A model generated the notes under the pieces. The model saw nothing but the letters and a program-made list of their open reading frames with translations. It did not search any database and was not told the DNA's origin. Shown here piece by piece: positions 43,948 through 53,870 of a stretch of DNA of 53,936 bases (position 1 is its first letter; every line of letters starts with the position of its first letter). A program made the position numbers and the translations under genes. Origin of the DNA: Patescibacteria group bacterium (GTDB taxonomy: Bacteria > Patescibacteriota > Patescibacteriia > GWA2-47-26); NCBI GenBank assembly GCA_038064355.1, contig JBBTTG010000019.1, forward strand, positions 1 through 53,936, written 5' to 3'.

Positions 43948-44358
43948 ATGTCAGACGAAAAAAAGATCGTAGAGGTTCCCGAGAAGTTCAAGGCTCTCGT
44001 GGAGCAGATTGAGAAGCTTTCCGTCTTGGATTTGTCCGAGCTCGTGAAAGTGCTCGAGGAGAAATTTGGTGTATCAGCCGCCGCTCCGGTTATGGCGATG
44101 GCCATGGCTCCGGGCGTCGCGGCGGGTGCCGCCCCGGCAGAGGAGCAGACCTCCTTTACGGTGGAGCTCACCGAGACAGGTGCCAATAAGATCAATGTCA
44201 TTAAGGCTCTTCGCGAGATCACTCAGCTTGGTCTCAAAGAAGCCAAGGATATAACAGATACCGCGCCGAAAGTGGTGAAGGAAGGCGTGAGTAAGGAAGA
44301 GGCCGCCACCATGAAGAAGAAACTCGAAGAGGCGGGCGCCAAAGTAACACTCAAGTAA
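43948..44358 (+). CDS. rplL: 50S ribosomal protein L7/L12
   Basis: Ala-rich hinge, then [21 protein letters not shown]...[10 protein letters not shown]...[10 protein letters not shown]. Confidence 0.95.
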   Translation: MSDEKKIVEVPEKFKALVEQIEKLSVLDLSELVKVLEEKFGVSAAAPVMAMAMAPGVAAGAAPAEEQTSFTVELTETGANKINVIKALREITQLGLKEAKDITDTAPKVVKEGVSKEEAATMKKKLEEAGAKVTLK

Positions 44359-44373
44359 CTTTTGTCGTTACTC

Positions 44374-44408
44374 AAAAAGACCCCGACGATTTCGTCGGGG
44401 TCTTTTTT
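44374..44408. terminator. Bidirectional rho-independent terminator between convergent genes
   Basis: AAAAAGACCCCGACG-ATTT-CGTCGGGGTCTTTTTT. Confidence 0.85.
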
Positions 44409-44417
44409 ATCTCTTTG

Positions 44418-46484
44418 CTATTTGAGATGCGTGATAGGAGCTTCAAAGACCCCCGAGTCGCTCAGGAGGAGTATTGTTTTTGATCCCTCGTCAACGATAA
44501 AATCATAAATGCTCCCGACGCCCGGGGCAAGATATTGGGTGATTAATTTCCCTTTCTTATTGTAGACAAGGATACGGTCCCCCTTATTTTCAAGGATGTA
44601 GATGAGGTCGCTTTCCGTGGTGGTGAAAATTTTTCGACCGGAACTCACGGGAGGATCAATAGTGTCTAAAGTAAAGTTTTTTGCCGCGCCTCCGGAGAAT
44701 TTTTGAACACCGCCACCGTCTCGGAGCGCGTAGATTTCCCCGTCAATGGCAAGACTTACGGTATCGGAAAGATCCGCCGGTTTCGTGAGCCATTTGTTTG
44801 AAACGAGTTTATTATTGACCCGCGTGAGACGATAGATGCTCTTTGGCGTTTCGCCCACCGCGTAGAGCCTCTTTCCATAGGACGCGAAGACACTCGCCTC
44901 ACGTACCGGAATGGCGTCTTGCGTGCTCATGTTTTTTTGCGGGGAGAAGTCAATGAGGGTGCCTTTATTTTTATCAATGAGCAGGAGTGATCGAGTTTCC
45001 TCATTGACGAGGATTTTTGTCAGAGTGAGATTGAGATTTTGATAGATGACGCCGGCCGTTTTTTTGCTGGTATCCAATTTCAAAAGAGAGTTGTCTCCGG
45101 CAAGGTAGAGTGTGCCGTCCAGCCGTGCCATGGAGGTCGGGCGTTTTTGATCGCCAAACGTATAGAGAGAGGAGGAAGTGAGCTTGCTCTCATGGCGAAG
45201 GGTGCTTTTCGCGCGGTCCAAGTCTTGGAGAATGCTGTCCCGTGTTTCTTGCTTAAGCGTGCGTTCTCCCGCGAGCGCGGCAAAGAGGGTTTCTGTTTCC
45301 GCGAGGACAGTTTTTCCTTTGGCTTCATCTCCATACAGGAGCGCGGCGCGGATTTCGTTGAGATTGTTTTGGATTTTTTCCACATGGGTATTCAGTTGCG
45401 CTTGGGCGGCGCGGCTCCCTGAGGTGAGTTTGAGGTAGGCAAGGCTTTGCAGGAAGATAACGAGGGCAATCGCGCAAAAAATAGACAGAGTCTTTGCGCC
45501 CGTGGGCAATTTTTTGAAATACCGCGCGGCCCGGTCAAAATTTATTTCCGGTATCCGGAAATCGGGCAGTTTTGGAACACGGAACTTTGGTATCATGCGG
45601 CGCATGTCTGCCGCGGTTGGCGTTTTGATGCGATTGCGCCGTGCGTTTATTTTTTGGACGAATTCCCTCACTTGTTCGCCCAATTCCGGCAAACGGTCTT
45701 GAGCTTGTTTCAAGAGAGCTTTCAGTTGAGTGATTCCCGATAATGTCGTTTTTGAGACCGCGCTTCGGATATCCGGCAGGAGCGGCGGGGTGAGAATTTT
45801 ATCGGTGGCGCTTTCGGTTGCCGTAAGGCCTTTCATGGAAGTCATGGGCGCCATGGCGTCGCGTCTCGTTGGGAGGATGTGGATGGCGCCGAAGGGGAGT
45901 GAGGCATCGTATCCGGTGAGGGCTTCTTTGAGTTGCCAGAGTCCATTGGGAGAGGAAAGGAGTGTCGTGGCGACGCGTAGGGGGGTGAAGTAGGTGTTCA
46001 TTTCTCTCGTGGAAAAAAAGAGAGACTGATTGGTCTCAATGGCGCCATTGGCAAAACGGCCAAAGAACGGTCCGTCCGCCGCTTCCTCGATGAGTTCATG
46101 GAGCGCGGAGACGGCGACATCCCCCTGCTCGCGTTTTTCGATGAAGATGGCCATAATATCTCCAAAGGCGGAGAAGAGAATGTGGTTGTGGTATTTAAGG
46201 CCAAAAATGAGCTGAAGATTTTTCTTCTGCGCGGCAAAAGGGGAGAGGAGCGCGTTGAGTTTTTGGAGTGCGCCTTCGAAAATCGGCTCCGCCGCCGATA
46301 GGTTTTTTCCGGTGTTTCCCTGCGCCACTTCTTGGTAGAGGTGGAGTATTTCTTTCGGCGCGGCTTCATTCTGCGCGCGGATAAGGCCGAAAAATTCGGC
46401 GTCAGGAATCGTGGGCAAGCGCTTCGCAAAAAGCTTAATGTTTCCACGCTTATCATCGGTCATGCACATGATATCGGTAGCCAT
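44418..46484 (-). CDS. Single-pass membrane protein with an unknown cytoplasmic domain and an extracellular beta-propeller-like domain (688 aa)
   Basis: The start was trimmed to MATDIM, because the upstream part of the ORF is a translated repeat. The TM segment is TLSIFCAIALVIFLQSLAYL. The C-terminal part shows repetitive beta-strand motifs. Confidence 0.6.
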   Translation of the reverse strand: MATDIMCMTDDKRGNIKLFAKRLPTIPDAEFFGLIRAQNEAAPKEILHLYQEVAQGNTGKNLSAAEPIFEGALQKLNALLSPFAAQKKNLQLIFGLKYHNHILFSAFGDIMAIFIEKREQGDVAVSALHELIEEAADGPFFGRFANGAIETNQSLFFSTREMNTYFTPLRVATTLLSSPNGLWQLKEALTGYDASLPFGAIHILPTRRDAMAPMTSMKGLTATESATDKILTPPLLPDIRSAVSKTTLSGITQLKALLKQAQDRLPELGEQVREFVQKINARRNRIKTPTAADMRRMIPKFRVPKLPDFRIPEINFDRAARYFKKLPTGAKTLSIFCAIALVIFLQSLAYLKLTSGSRAAQAQLNTHVEKIQNNLNEIRAALLYGDEAKGKTVLAETETLFAALAGERTLKQETRDSILQDLDRAKSTLRHESKLTSSSLYTFGDQKRPTSMARLDGTLYLAGDNSLLKLDTSKKTAGVIYQNLNLTLTKILVNEETRSLLLIDKNKGTLIDFSPQKNMSTQDAIPVREASVFASYGKRLYAVGETPKSIYRLTRVNNKLVSNKWLTKPADLSDTVSLAIDGEIYALRDGGGVQKFSGGAAKNFTLDTIDPPVSSGRKIFTTTESDLIYILENKGDRILVYNKKGKLITQYLAPGVGSIYDFIVDEGSKTILLLSDSGVFEAPITHLK

Positions 46485-46552
46485 ATGGGTTTTTTGACGG
46501 GGGACTCTTTTAAGGTATAATATACGATAGTGTGAGCGTTGGCAATAAGGAT

Positions 46553-46676
46553 GAAACCGTAGAAATTCCTCAATCTGCTTTGTTGCGGGGCGCCCTGAAG
46601 CTCGTCGCTGTACACTGCAGGTACACCTCCTCGCTTCTCTCCCCGCGCCTCGCATCTTGAGTTTTTCTCCGGTTTC
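46553..46676. repeat. Family-D-related element (variant termini GAAACCGTAGAAA / TTTCTCCGGTTTC)
   Basis: It shares the internal blocks ATCTGCTTTGTTG and CCTCGCATCT with family D. Confidence 0.7.
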
Positions 46677-46700
46677 GGGGTTTATTCACTGACTTCCTTT

Positions 46701-47306
46701 ATGCCGAGTCGCGGACGATCCAGCCTTGAACAATTATTTGGTTCAAAAGTGCGCGTACGCCTTTTGCGGCTTTTCCTGGAGAATCCGCAGGACCGTTTTT
46801 ATGTGCGCGAGATTACGCGTCGTATCGGCGCCCATATCCACTCCGTTCGGCGAGAAATTTCGAATTTGCAGAAGCTCGGCCTCATTGCCGCCCGCGAAGA
46901 CGGAGTGAAGACTCCGCAAACCAATCGCCGTTACTATGAAGTACGCCCGGATTTTCTCCTGTTTGAGGAGTTGCGGAGTTTTATTTTGAAATCCCACACC
47001 CTCTTGCAATCGGATTTCGCGCGCGCCCTGCAGGAGAGCGGGGATGTGAAATACCTCGCTTTCACCGGCCACTTTGTCGGAGCCAAGGATATGCCAACGG
47101 ATATGTTGATCGTGGGCCGCGTCAAGCGTGAGGATTGCCGACGCTGGGTGCGTCTCTTGGAACAGGAGCTCGGACGTCTTATAAATTATACCCTGATGAC
47201 GCCCGAGGAGTATGAGCATCGCAAGAAGATGACGGACCGTTTTATCTATCAGGTGCTCGAGAGTCCGAAAATCGCCCTCGTGGATAAGCTGAATATACTT
47301 CCATGA
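46701..47306 (+). CDS. Winged-helix (ArsR-like) DNA-binding protein with an extra C-terminal domain
   Basis: VRVRLLRLFLENPQDRFYVREITRRIGAHIHSVRREISNLQKLGLI. Confidence 0.6.
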   Translation: MPSRGRSSLEQLFGSKVRVRLLRLFLENPQDRFYVREITRRIGAHIHSVRREISNLQKLGLIAAREDGVKTPQTNRRYYEVRPDFLLFEELRSFILKSHTLLQSDFARALQESGDVKYLAFTGHFVGAKDMPTDMLIVGRVKREDCRRWVRLLEQELGRLINYTLMTPEEYEHRKKMTDRFIYQVLESPKIALVDKLNILP

Positions 47307-47710
47307 TCCTCGTCGTTCATATTGGCGAACAGATTATGATGCGTCTCTCTGGGAAACGCGGAGAAAAAGGGGAGAGCGTTGTGCTCGACTCCCGTTCTTT
47401 TCTTCGAGAGTGCCTCGCCTATCTGCGTTCCCAGAGACAAGATCCCACAAGGCTCGATGGCATACTCCTTCTTTCCGGTGAAGCGAAGTTCAGTCTTTCG
47501 CGGCAGGTGACCACAGCGCTCAACACCCTTGCGTTCGCTTATGGAATAAAAATTGCCGGTATCCGTGCTTCTTTTTTGGATGAGGCGTCGATGTTGCAGG
47601 GTTTGCGCGCGCTGCACCGCGTTTCCCCCGGCGTACCCACGCTTCCATGGTATGCAGGAGCCCCGCATATTACCAAGCCCAAGAAAAGGCAATGGCACGA
47701 GAAAGTATGA
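47303..47710 (+). CDS. Short TsaB/YeaZ-like protein (135 aa)
   Basis: MILVV..., LDGILLLSGEAKFSLSRQVTTALNTLAFAYGIKIAGI resembles the TsaB N-terminal core but lacks the GPGSFTG motif. ATGA overlaps occur at both ends. Confidence 0.35.
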   Translation: MILVVHIGEQIMMRLSGKRGEKGESVVLDSRSFLRECLAYLRSQRQDPTRLDGILLLSGEAKFSLSRQVTTALNTLAFAYGIKIAGIRASFLDEASMLQGLRALHRVSPGVPTLPWYAGAPHITKPKKRQWHEKV

Positions 47711-49212
47711 GGATACCAATACTCTATCGTTTCTATGAGATTCTTCCCGGGGCGCTGGTTTGGGCAGCGCTTCTTGGGTCAGTGGCGCTCTCGTTTATTC
47801 GCCCGCTGTGGGTGATTTATTTTATTCTGGTATTTGATCTCTATTGGCTGTTCCGCGTTGCCTATTTTGTTTTTTATATATTGCTCTCTTGGCGGCGGTT
47901 TCGCGAGGCGGTTTCGATTGACTGGCTTTCCAGGGTGCAAGAGAAGTCCGACTGGAAACGGATTCGTCATCTGGTTTTTCTTCCGATCTGCGGGGAGGAC
48001 GAGGCCGTCGTGCGCTCGACACTGGAAGGGCTCTTGCGGGCGCATTATCCCAAAGAGAGCATGTTCGTTGTTCTGGCGGGGGAGGAGAGAAAGAAAGAGG
48101 CTTTCCTCCGGGTTGCCCAATCCATGACGCGCGAATTTGAACACCGTTTCGGCCAGCTGTGGATTACCATACACCCGAAGAATCTTCCGGATGAAATCCC
48201 GGGCAAGGGTTCAAATCTCAATTATTCCGGACACATGGCGCAGGCGCTCATTGATGGATTAAAGATTCCCTATGATGATATTATTGTTTCGGCGTTTGAT
48301 GTTGACACGATGGTTCATCCGCAGTATTTCGCCTATCTTTCGCATCGCTATCTGACCGTGCCGAATCCCACCCGTGCTTCCTATCAGCCGATCGTTCTTT
48401 ATAACAATAATATCTGGGATGCCACGGCTCCGGTCCGCGTTGCGGCGCTGGGGACGACTTTTTGGCTCATGACCGAGCTCTCTCGGCCGGAGCGCCTTTT
48501 CACTTTTTCTTCGCACAGCATGCCGTTCCGCGCGCTTGTGGATGCCGGTTTTTGGCAAAAGGATATCGTCTCCGAGGATTCGCGTATTTTTTTACAGTGT
48601 TTTTTGCGCTATCATGGAGAGTATCGGGTGGAGCCGCTTTTTATTCCGGTGTCTATGGATGCGGTTTTTGGGAACAATTACCGGCAGGCGCTCGTAAACC
48701 TCTATAAACAGCAGCGCCGCTGGGCATGGGGGGTGGAGAATACTCCTTTCATGTTGTGGAATTTTAGCCGCGACGCGCTCATTCCGCTCCGCAAGCGCAT
48801 CAAGTATCTTTGGAATCAGCTTGAGGGGATGTTTTCGTGGGCCACGGCGCCGATTCTCATTTTTCTCCTCGGGCGATTGCCATTTTGGGTGAGCCGAGAG
48901 GCGCCGGGCGCGTCCCTGTTGTACTATCAAACTCCGGTCATACTGCAGTGGCTCATGCGTCTCTCGATGGTCGGACTTTTAGTGTCTGTATTTTTGATGA
49001 TATTTCTCTTGCCGCCAAAACCGCAGACCGCGCCGTCGCATAAGAAATTTTTTCTTCTGCTTCAGTGGGCCATACTGCCGGTGACTCTCGTGCTTTTTGG
49101 AGCGCTTCCCGCCATCGACGCGCAAACTCGTTTGATGTTCGGCCGTTATTTAGGGTTTAATGTGACCGAAAAAAAACGTACAGGTTCACAATTATCCTAT
49201 GTCAGAAATTGA
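47707..49212 (+). CDS. Membrane-embedded processive family-2 glycosyltransferase
   Basis: There are several TM segments. Motifs are the DxD-type FDVDT and QxxRW (QQRRWAWG). Confidence 0.75.
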   Translation: MRIPILYRFYEILPGALVWAALLGSVALSFIRPLWVIYFILVFDLYWLFRVAYFVFYILLSWRRFREAVSIDWLSRVQEKSDWKRIRHLVFLPICGEDEAVVRSTLEGLLRAHYPKESMFVVLAGEERKKEAFLRVAQSMTREFEHRFGQLWITIHPKNLPDEIPGKGSNLNYSGHMAQALIDGLKIPYDDIIVSAFDVDTMVHPQYFAYLSHRYLTVPNPTRASYQPIVLYNNNIWDATAPVRVAALGTTFWLMTELSRPERLFTFSSHSMPFRALVDAGFWQKDIVSEDSRIFLQCFLRYHGEYRVEPLFIPVSMDAVFGNNYRQALVNLYKQQRRWAWGVENTPFMLWNFSRDALIPLRKRIKYLWNQLEGMFSWATAPILIFLLGRLPFWVSREAPGASLLYYQTPVILQWLMRLSMVGLLVSVFLMIFLLPPKPQTAPSHKKFFLLLQWAILPVTLVLFGALPAIDAQTRLMFGRYLGFNVTEKKRTGSQLSYVRN

Positions 49213-51103
49213 GAAAGTATCTCCCAAGAAAAAAGGATGGGTGCTTGGAGCCGCGGGTGTAATTGTTGTTATTGGTATTTTTGGCGGGGCAACCCTTGTC
49301 CGGGCACTCGCGTCTCCTGTCTCTGACGCGCGCTCGGGTTACGATTTTCTCGCGGCGGGCATCCGTTCTCTCCGGCGCGCCGAATTCACGGACGCCACCG
49401 GATTTTTTGATCAAAGCTCCGCGCTTTTTTTCTCCGCCCAAAAAAAGGTGGAGGATCGTTCTTTCGCCAAACGGATGCCGATTATCGGGCGCGAACTTCA
49501 AAGCGCCTCGCAGTTGTTTTCGGTTGGCGGCATACTGGCGCAAACGGCCTCCGAGGCGGCGGGTCTCGCGGCACAGGCGGTCGCCCCGTTTAGACGCGAG
49601 CAAGCGGCGGATATTTCCTCGCTGACGCCCGAGATGCGCAGGGTTTTCCTTGAAACCGTTTATCAATCTCCGCCGGTGTTGCGCGGGCTTCGCGCGGAGG
49701 TCGGCCTTGCCGAGCACACCATTGATTCTTTGCCGCGTGGGGTGATCACTTTTTTCTTGCGTCGTGAGATGAGCGATCTTCAGGGCGCCCTAGCGCTTGC
49801 CGGAACCACCTTGGATGACGCCATTCCTCTCATTGAACTCTTCCCGAAACTCGCGGGGTACCCATCCGAGCGTACCTATCTGTTTTTACTGCAGAATAAT
49901 ACCGAGTTGCGTCCCTCGGGTGGATTCATAGGGACATACGGCATCGTAAAAGTGGAGAATGGCCATCTCACGCAGTTCTTCACCGATGACAGCTATAATC
50001 TTGATCGTTTCGTTGATGCAAAAAAACGGCCGCCCACTCCCGCGCCGCTTCTCAAGTATCTGGGTCAAAAGCAATGGTATTTCCGTGATGCCAACTGGTC
50101 TCCAGATTTTGAGGTGTCCGCGCAAACGGCTTTGCGTTTCTATAAAGAAGAAGGAGGAACGGAAAATCCGCACGGCGTTATTGCCGTCACTCCGGACGTG
50201 GTCATTCCCTTTGTGCGCGCCATGGGGCCGATCACGGTTGAAGGGCAGACATTCACCGCTGAAAATTTTGTGGACCTGCTTGAATATCAAGTGGAAGTGG
50301 CTTTTGCCGAATCCGGTATTCCACGCCCCCAACGCAAGGCGATTATCAGCGTCCTCGCGCATGAACTTTTGGGGCGATTCTACCGGATACCGCTTGAGCG
50401 CATTCCTTCGCTGGTGAGTGATCTGCGCCGCGCGCTGGATGAAAAGCATTTTCTGGTTTATTCCGATGATGCGGATTTGCAGGGGTTTGTGGAATCCATG
50501 GGTTGGGCTGGACGAGTGTTGCCATCAGAAGGGGATGCGCTTTTGGTGGTTGACGCGAATCTGGCGAGTCTCAAAAGCGATCCCGTCGTTGATCGCACGG
50601 TGGAGTATACAGTAGCGCCCGAAGCAGGTGAATTTGTGGGCCGCGTGAAAATTACCTATACTAACAAGGGCGAATTTTCTTGGAAGACGACCCGGTATCG
50701 AACCTATACCCGTGTTTATGTTCCATTGGGGAGCGTTTTGCGCGAGGTGCGCGGAGCCATGGTCAAAGAAAAAGACGCAACGCCGGGAATGGTTGATGTG
50801 ACCCAAGAGCTTGGGAAGACGGTGTTCGGCGCTTTTATTTCCATTGAGCCGGGCGAGAGTCGGGCTTTGGAATTCACCTACACCCTGCCGCAGAGCGTGC
50901 GCCAGGATATTGAGCAAAAAAAGTATCAGCTTTTGATTCAGAAACAGGCCGGCGTGCCGGATCGCGACTTGACCGTGCGGCTTGATTTTGGTACAAAAGT
51001 GCGTGTATGGAGTCCAACCGGATTGAGCGCGAAACGCGTCCAAAACGGTGTGGAGTGGAGGACTCCATTGCGCCGAGATCAGATATTTGAAGTTGGGCTG
51101 TAA
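49199..51103 (+). CDS. DUF4012 domain protein (membrane-anchored)
   Basis: N-terminal TM segment. LLQNNTELRPSGGFIGTYG is characteristic of DUF4012 as I recall it. Confidence 0.7.
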   Translation: MSEIEKVSPKKKGWVLGAAGVIVVIGIFGGATLVRALASPVSDARSGYDFLAAGIRSLRRAEFTDATGFFDQSSALFFSAQKKVEDRSFAKRMPIIGRELQSASQLFSVGGILAQTASEAAGLAAQAVAPFRREQAADISSLTPEMRRVFLETVYQSPPVLRGLRAEVGLAEHTIDSLPRGVITFFLRREMSDLQGALALAGTTLDDAIPLIELFPKLAGYPSERTYLFLLQNNTELRPSGGFIGTYGIVKVENGHLTQFFTDDSYNLDRFVDAKKRPPTPAPLLKYLGQKQWYFRDANWSPDFEVSAQTALRFYKEEGGTENPHGVIAVTPDVVIPFVRAMGPITVEGQTFTAENFVDLLEYQVEVAFAESGIPRPQRKAIISVLAHELLGRFYRIPLERIPSLVSDLRRALDEKHFLVYSDDADLQGFVESMGWAGRVLPSEGDALLVVDANLASLKSDPVVDRTVEYTVAPEAGEFVGRVKITYTNKGEFSWKTTRYRTYTRVYVPLGSVLREVRGAMVKEKDATPGMVDVTQELGKTVFGAFISIEPGESRALEFTYTLPQSVRQDIEQKKYQLLIQKQAGVPDRDLTVRLDFGTKVRVWSPTGLSAKRVQNGVEWRTPLRRDQIFEVGL

Positions 51104-51114
51104 TTTTCTCGATT

Positions 51115-52122
51115 ATGTTGTTCAGAAAAATCGGCATTGATCTTGGTACCACCACCGTGCGCGTATATGTTCCGCGCCGCGGCATCATTATCAATGAGCC
51201 GTCGGTCGTGGCTGTGTCTTTGAGCGACAAAAAGATTCTCGCGGTCGGGAAAGAGGCCAAGGAGATGATCGGCCGCACGCCCGAAAGCGTGGTGGCTATA
51301 CGCCCGATGCGCGACGGTGTTATTGCTGATTACAAAACCACGGAGCGCATGTTGCGTTATTTTATCAATAAAGCCGTTGGCGGTTTCAGGTTGTTTCGTC
51401 CCGAGGTGATGGTCGCTGTTCCCGGCGGTATCACCTCCACCGAACGTCGTGCCGTCATTGATGCCACACTTGCCGCCGGCGCCAAAGCGGCTTTTATCAT
51501 CAAAGAGCCGATCTGCGCCGCGATCGGCGCGCAGATTCCGATCGGGAGCGCCTCCGGGCACATGATCGTGGATATCGGGGGTGGAACGATGGAAGCGGCG
51601 GTTATCTCACTCGGCGGCATTGTCTCGTCGGCTTCGGTGCGCATCGGCGGCAACAAGCTCGACGCGGCAATCAGCGAGCACATTCGCCGCAGATATAATC
51701 TCGCGATCGGCGAGCGGACATCGGAAGATATTAAAATCCATGTCGGTTCGGCTCTGTATCTTTCCGATAAGCTCGTCAAAGAGGTGAAGGGGCGCGATAT
51801 GGTGACAGGTCTGCCGCGCATGGTGAGCGTGAATTCCGATGATGTTACTGACGCCATCCAGAATGAGCTCGAGGGGATGATCAACACGATAAAAGAAGTC
51901 CTCTATAACACGCCACCGGAGCTTTCGGCTGATGTGATGGAGTGCGGAATGGTGCTCTCGGGCGGTACTTCCCAACTTCGGCATCTGGCGGATCTTTTTT
52001 CGCAGGCGACCGGAGTCCCCGCCCAGCTCGCGGACGAGTCGGCGCTCTGCGTGGCAAAAGGAACCGGTATCGCGCTCGAAAATTTGGAGTCCTACAAGCG
52101 CAGTATATTCGCGTCGAAATAG
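51115..52122 (+). CDS. mreB: Rod-shape-determining protein MreB
   Basis: IGIDLGTT, RPMRDGVIAD, DIGGGT, GIVLSGG-like VLSGGTSQL. Confidence 0.95.
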   Translation: MLFRKIGIDLGTTTVRVYVPRRGIIINEPSVVAVSLSDKKILAVGKEAKEMIGRTPESVVAIRPMRDGVIADYKTTERMLRYFINKAVGGFRLFRPEVMVAVPGGITSTERRAVIDATLAAGAKAAFIIKEPICAAIGAQIPIGSASGHMIVDIGGGTMEAAVISLGGIVSSASVRIGGNKLDAAISEHIRRRYNLAIGERTSEDIKIHVGSALYLSDKLVKEVKGRDMVTGLPRMVSVNSDDVTDAIQNELEGMINTIKEVLYNTPPELSADVMECGMVLSGGTSQLRHLADLFSQATGVPAQLADESALCVAKGTGIALENLESYKRSIFASK

Positions 52123-52216
52123 ACCCGCACACCCTTATAATCTCTGTAATGATTTATGCGGCTCATGAATGGTGGAGGTTGACATTAGTCGTGTTTATGG
52201 TTACAATAGGGTTATT

Positions 52217-52462
52217 ATGGAGTCCACAAAAATATTAACCTACACTGTGATTTTTGAGAAAGCGCCGGAGGGCGGCTATGTTGCTCTTGTACCCGCGCTT
52301 CCCGGATGCATGACGCAGGGCGAAACGTTTGAACAGGCGCAGGAGCGCGTGAAAGATGCGATTCAGGGCTATATTGAGGTACTGCGGGAAGATGGTGAAG
52401 AAGTGCCGGTGGAACAAGGCGAACACATCGCCGCAACCGTCGCGGTGCCGGTAAGTATATAA
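52217..52462 (+). CDS. hicB: HicB-family antitoxin
   Basis: YTVIFEKAPEGGYVALVPALPGCMTQGETFEQAQERVKDAIQGYIE. Confidence 0.85.
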   Translation: MESTKILTYTVIFEKAPEGGYVALVPALPGCMTQGETFEQAQERVKDAIQGYIEVLREDGEEVPVEQGEHIAATVAVPVSI

Positions 52463-52468
52463 GATTTT

Positions 52469-52696
52469 GTGCCTCAACGTTTGCCGCAATTGAAGCCGAT
52501 GGAATTGATCCGAGCGCTTGAGCGGCTCGGATTTGTCGTTCGACGCCAAACGGGAGGTCATGCCGTTCTGCGGCATCCGATGACAAAACGGATCGCGACG
52601 GTACCGGTTCATGCGGGGGATATCAAGCGAGGCCTTCTTTTTGGAATCTTGAAACAAGCGGGTATTTCACAGGATCAGCTCTCGACCGTGTTATGA
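52469..52696 (+). CDS. hicA: HicA-family mRNA interferase toxin
   Basis: GTG start. MELIRALERLGFVVRRQTGGHAVLRHP...VPVHAGDIKRGLLFGILKQAGI. Confidence 0.85.
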   Translation: MPQRLPQLKPMELIRALERLGFVVRRQTGGHAVLRHPMTKRIATVPVHAGDIKRGLLFGILKQAGISQDQLSTVL

Positions 52697-53823
52697 TGAT
52701 GACACTGGGCATTGACGCTTCGCGGGCGAACGCGGAACAAAAAACCGGCGTGGGCTGGTATGCCTACGAACTCATCGAAGCCCTCAAAAAAGTTATACCC
52801 GCAGACAACTGTCGGGTTGTTTTATATACGGATATGTCCCTGCGCGGAGAGTTCGCCAAACTTCCGTCGCATTGGCGCGCAAAAGAGCTTTGGTGGCCGA
52901 CGCGCTTTTTCTGGGCAGAGGGACGTTTGTCGTTTGAGATGTTGGCGCATGCGCCGGATGTTCTTTTCATGCCGGCGTCGCCCCTACCGATCATCTGTCC
53001 CAAGCGCACGGTCAATACTATCCATGATATCGGATTCGCACGCAGGAGCGAGTACTATCCGCCCTTCAAACGGCTGTATCTTGACTGGAGTACGCGCCGC
53101 GCGCTCGCCCGCGCCACGGCAATTTTGGCGCCATCGGAATTCACGAAAAAAGAACTTTCCGAATGTTATCCCGAGGGGCGCCGCGAGGGGATTACGGTTA
53201 CCCCGATCGCGCTCACGCGGGCCAATGTCGCCTCGCCGGATAAAGATTTTGCGATTCCCGAGGGGAGATATTTTATTTTTATCGGCCGCCTTATACAAAA
53301 GAAAAATATTACGCGTCTCATCGAAGCATTTCGCATGGTGCGGGGGCGTCCCGGATTTGAGGATGTAAAACTGGCGCTTGTCGGCCCCGTGGAGGATATT
53401 CCACCGCGCGCGTATTTTGAAAGTTTGCCGGAGCGGGGGACCAGTATTTTACAATATTCCTGGCTTGCGCCGGAAAAAGTTTCAGCACTTTTACATGGAG
53501 CGGCGGGTATGGTTCTCCCTTCGCTGTATGAAGGATTCGGGATGCCGATACTCGAGGGGTTCGCGGCGGGTGTGCCAGTGATTACATCAAAAGAGGGTGC
53601 CACCGAAGAAGTGGCAGGCGGCGCGGCACTGCTTGTTGACCCTCATAATACCGCTGATATCGCGGACGCCCTGGAGTGGATTTTGCAGGATACTATTTTC
53701 CGCGAAAATCTCGTCGTGCTGGGTCGTGAGCGGCTCAAGGAGTTCTCATGGGAAAAATGCGCGAGGCTTACCTGGGAGGCGATTAAGGGCCCCCTCGGAT
53801 CTTCCGCACCGCCTAAGGCGTGA
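52693..53823 (+). CDS. GT4 (GT-B fold) glycosyltransferase
   Basis: PSLYEGFGMPILEGFAAGVPVITS, the E(x7)E-type motif. Confidence 0.85.
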   Translation: MMMTLGIDASRANAEQKTGVGWYAYELIEALKKVIPADNCRVVLYTDMSLRGEFAKLPSHWRAKELWWPTRFFWAEGRLSFEMLAHAPDVLFMPASPLPIICPKRTVNTIHDIGFARRSEYYPPFKRLYLDWSTRRALARATAILAPSEFTKKELSECYPEGRREGITVTPIALTRANVASPDKDFAIPEGRYFIFIGRLIQKKNITRLIEAFRMVRGRPGFEDVKLALVGPVEDIPPRAYFESLPERGTSILQYSWLAPEKVSALLHGAAGMVLPSLYEGFGMPILEGFAAGVPVITSKEGATEEVAGGAALLVDPHNTADIADALEWILQDTIFRENLVVLGRERLKEFSWEKCARLTWEAIKGPLGSSAPPKA

Positions 53824-53870
53824 ATTTGAGGCTTCCTATGGATGCTTCGCCGACCGATCCGCCGGGCTCG

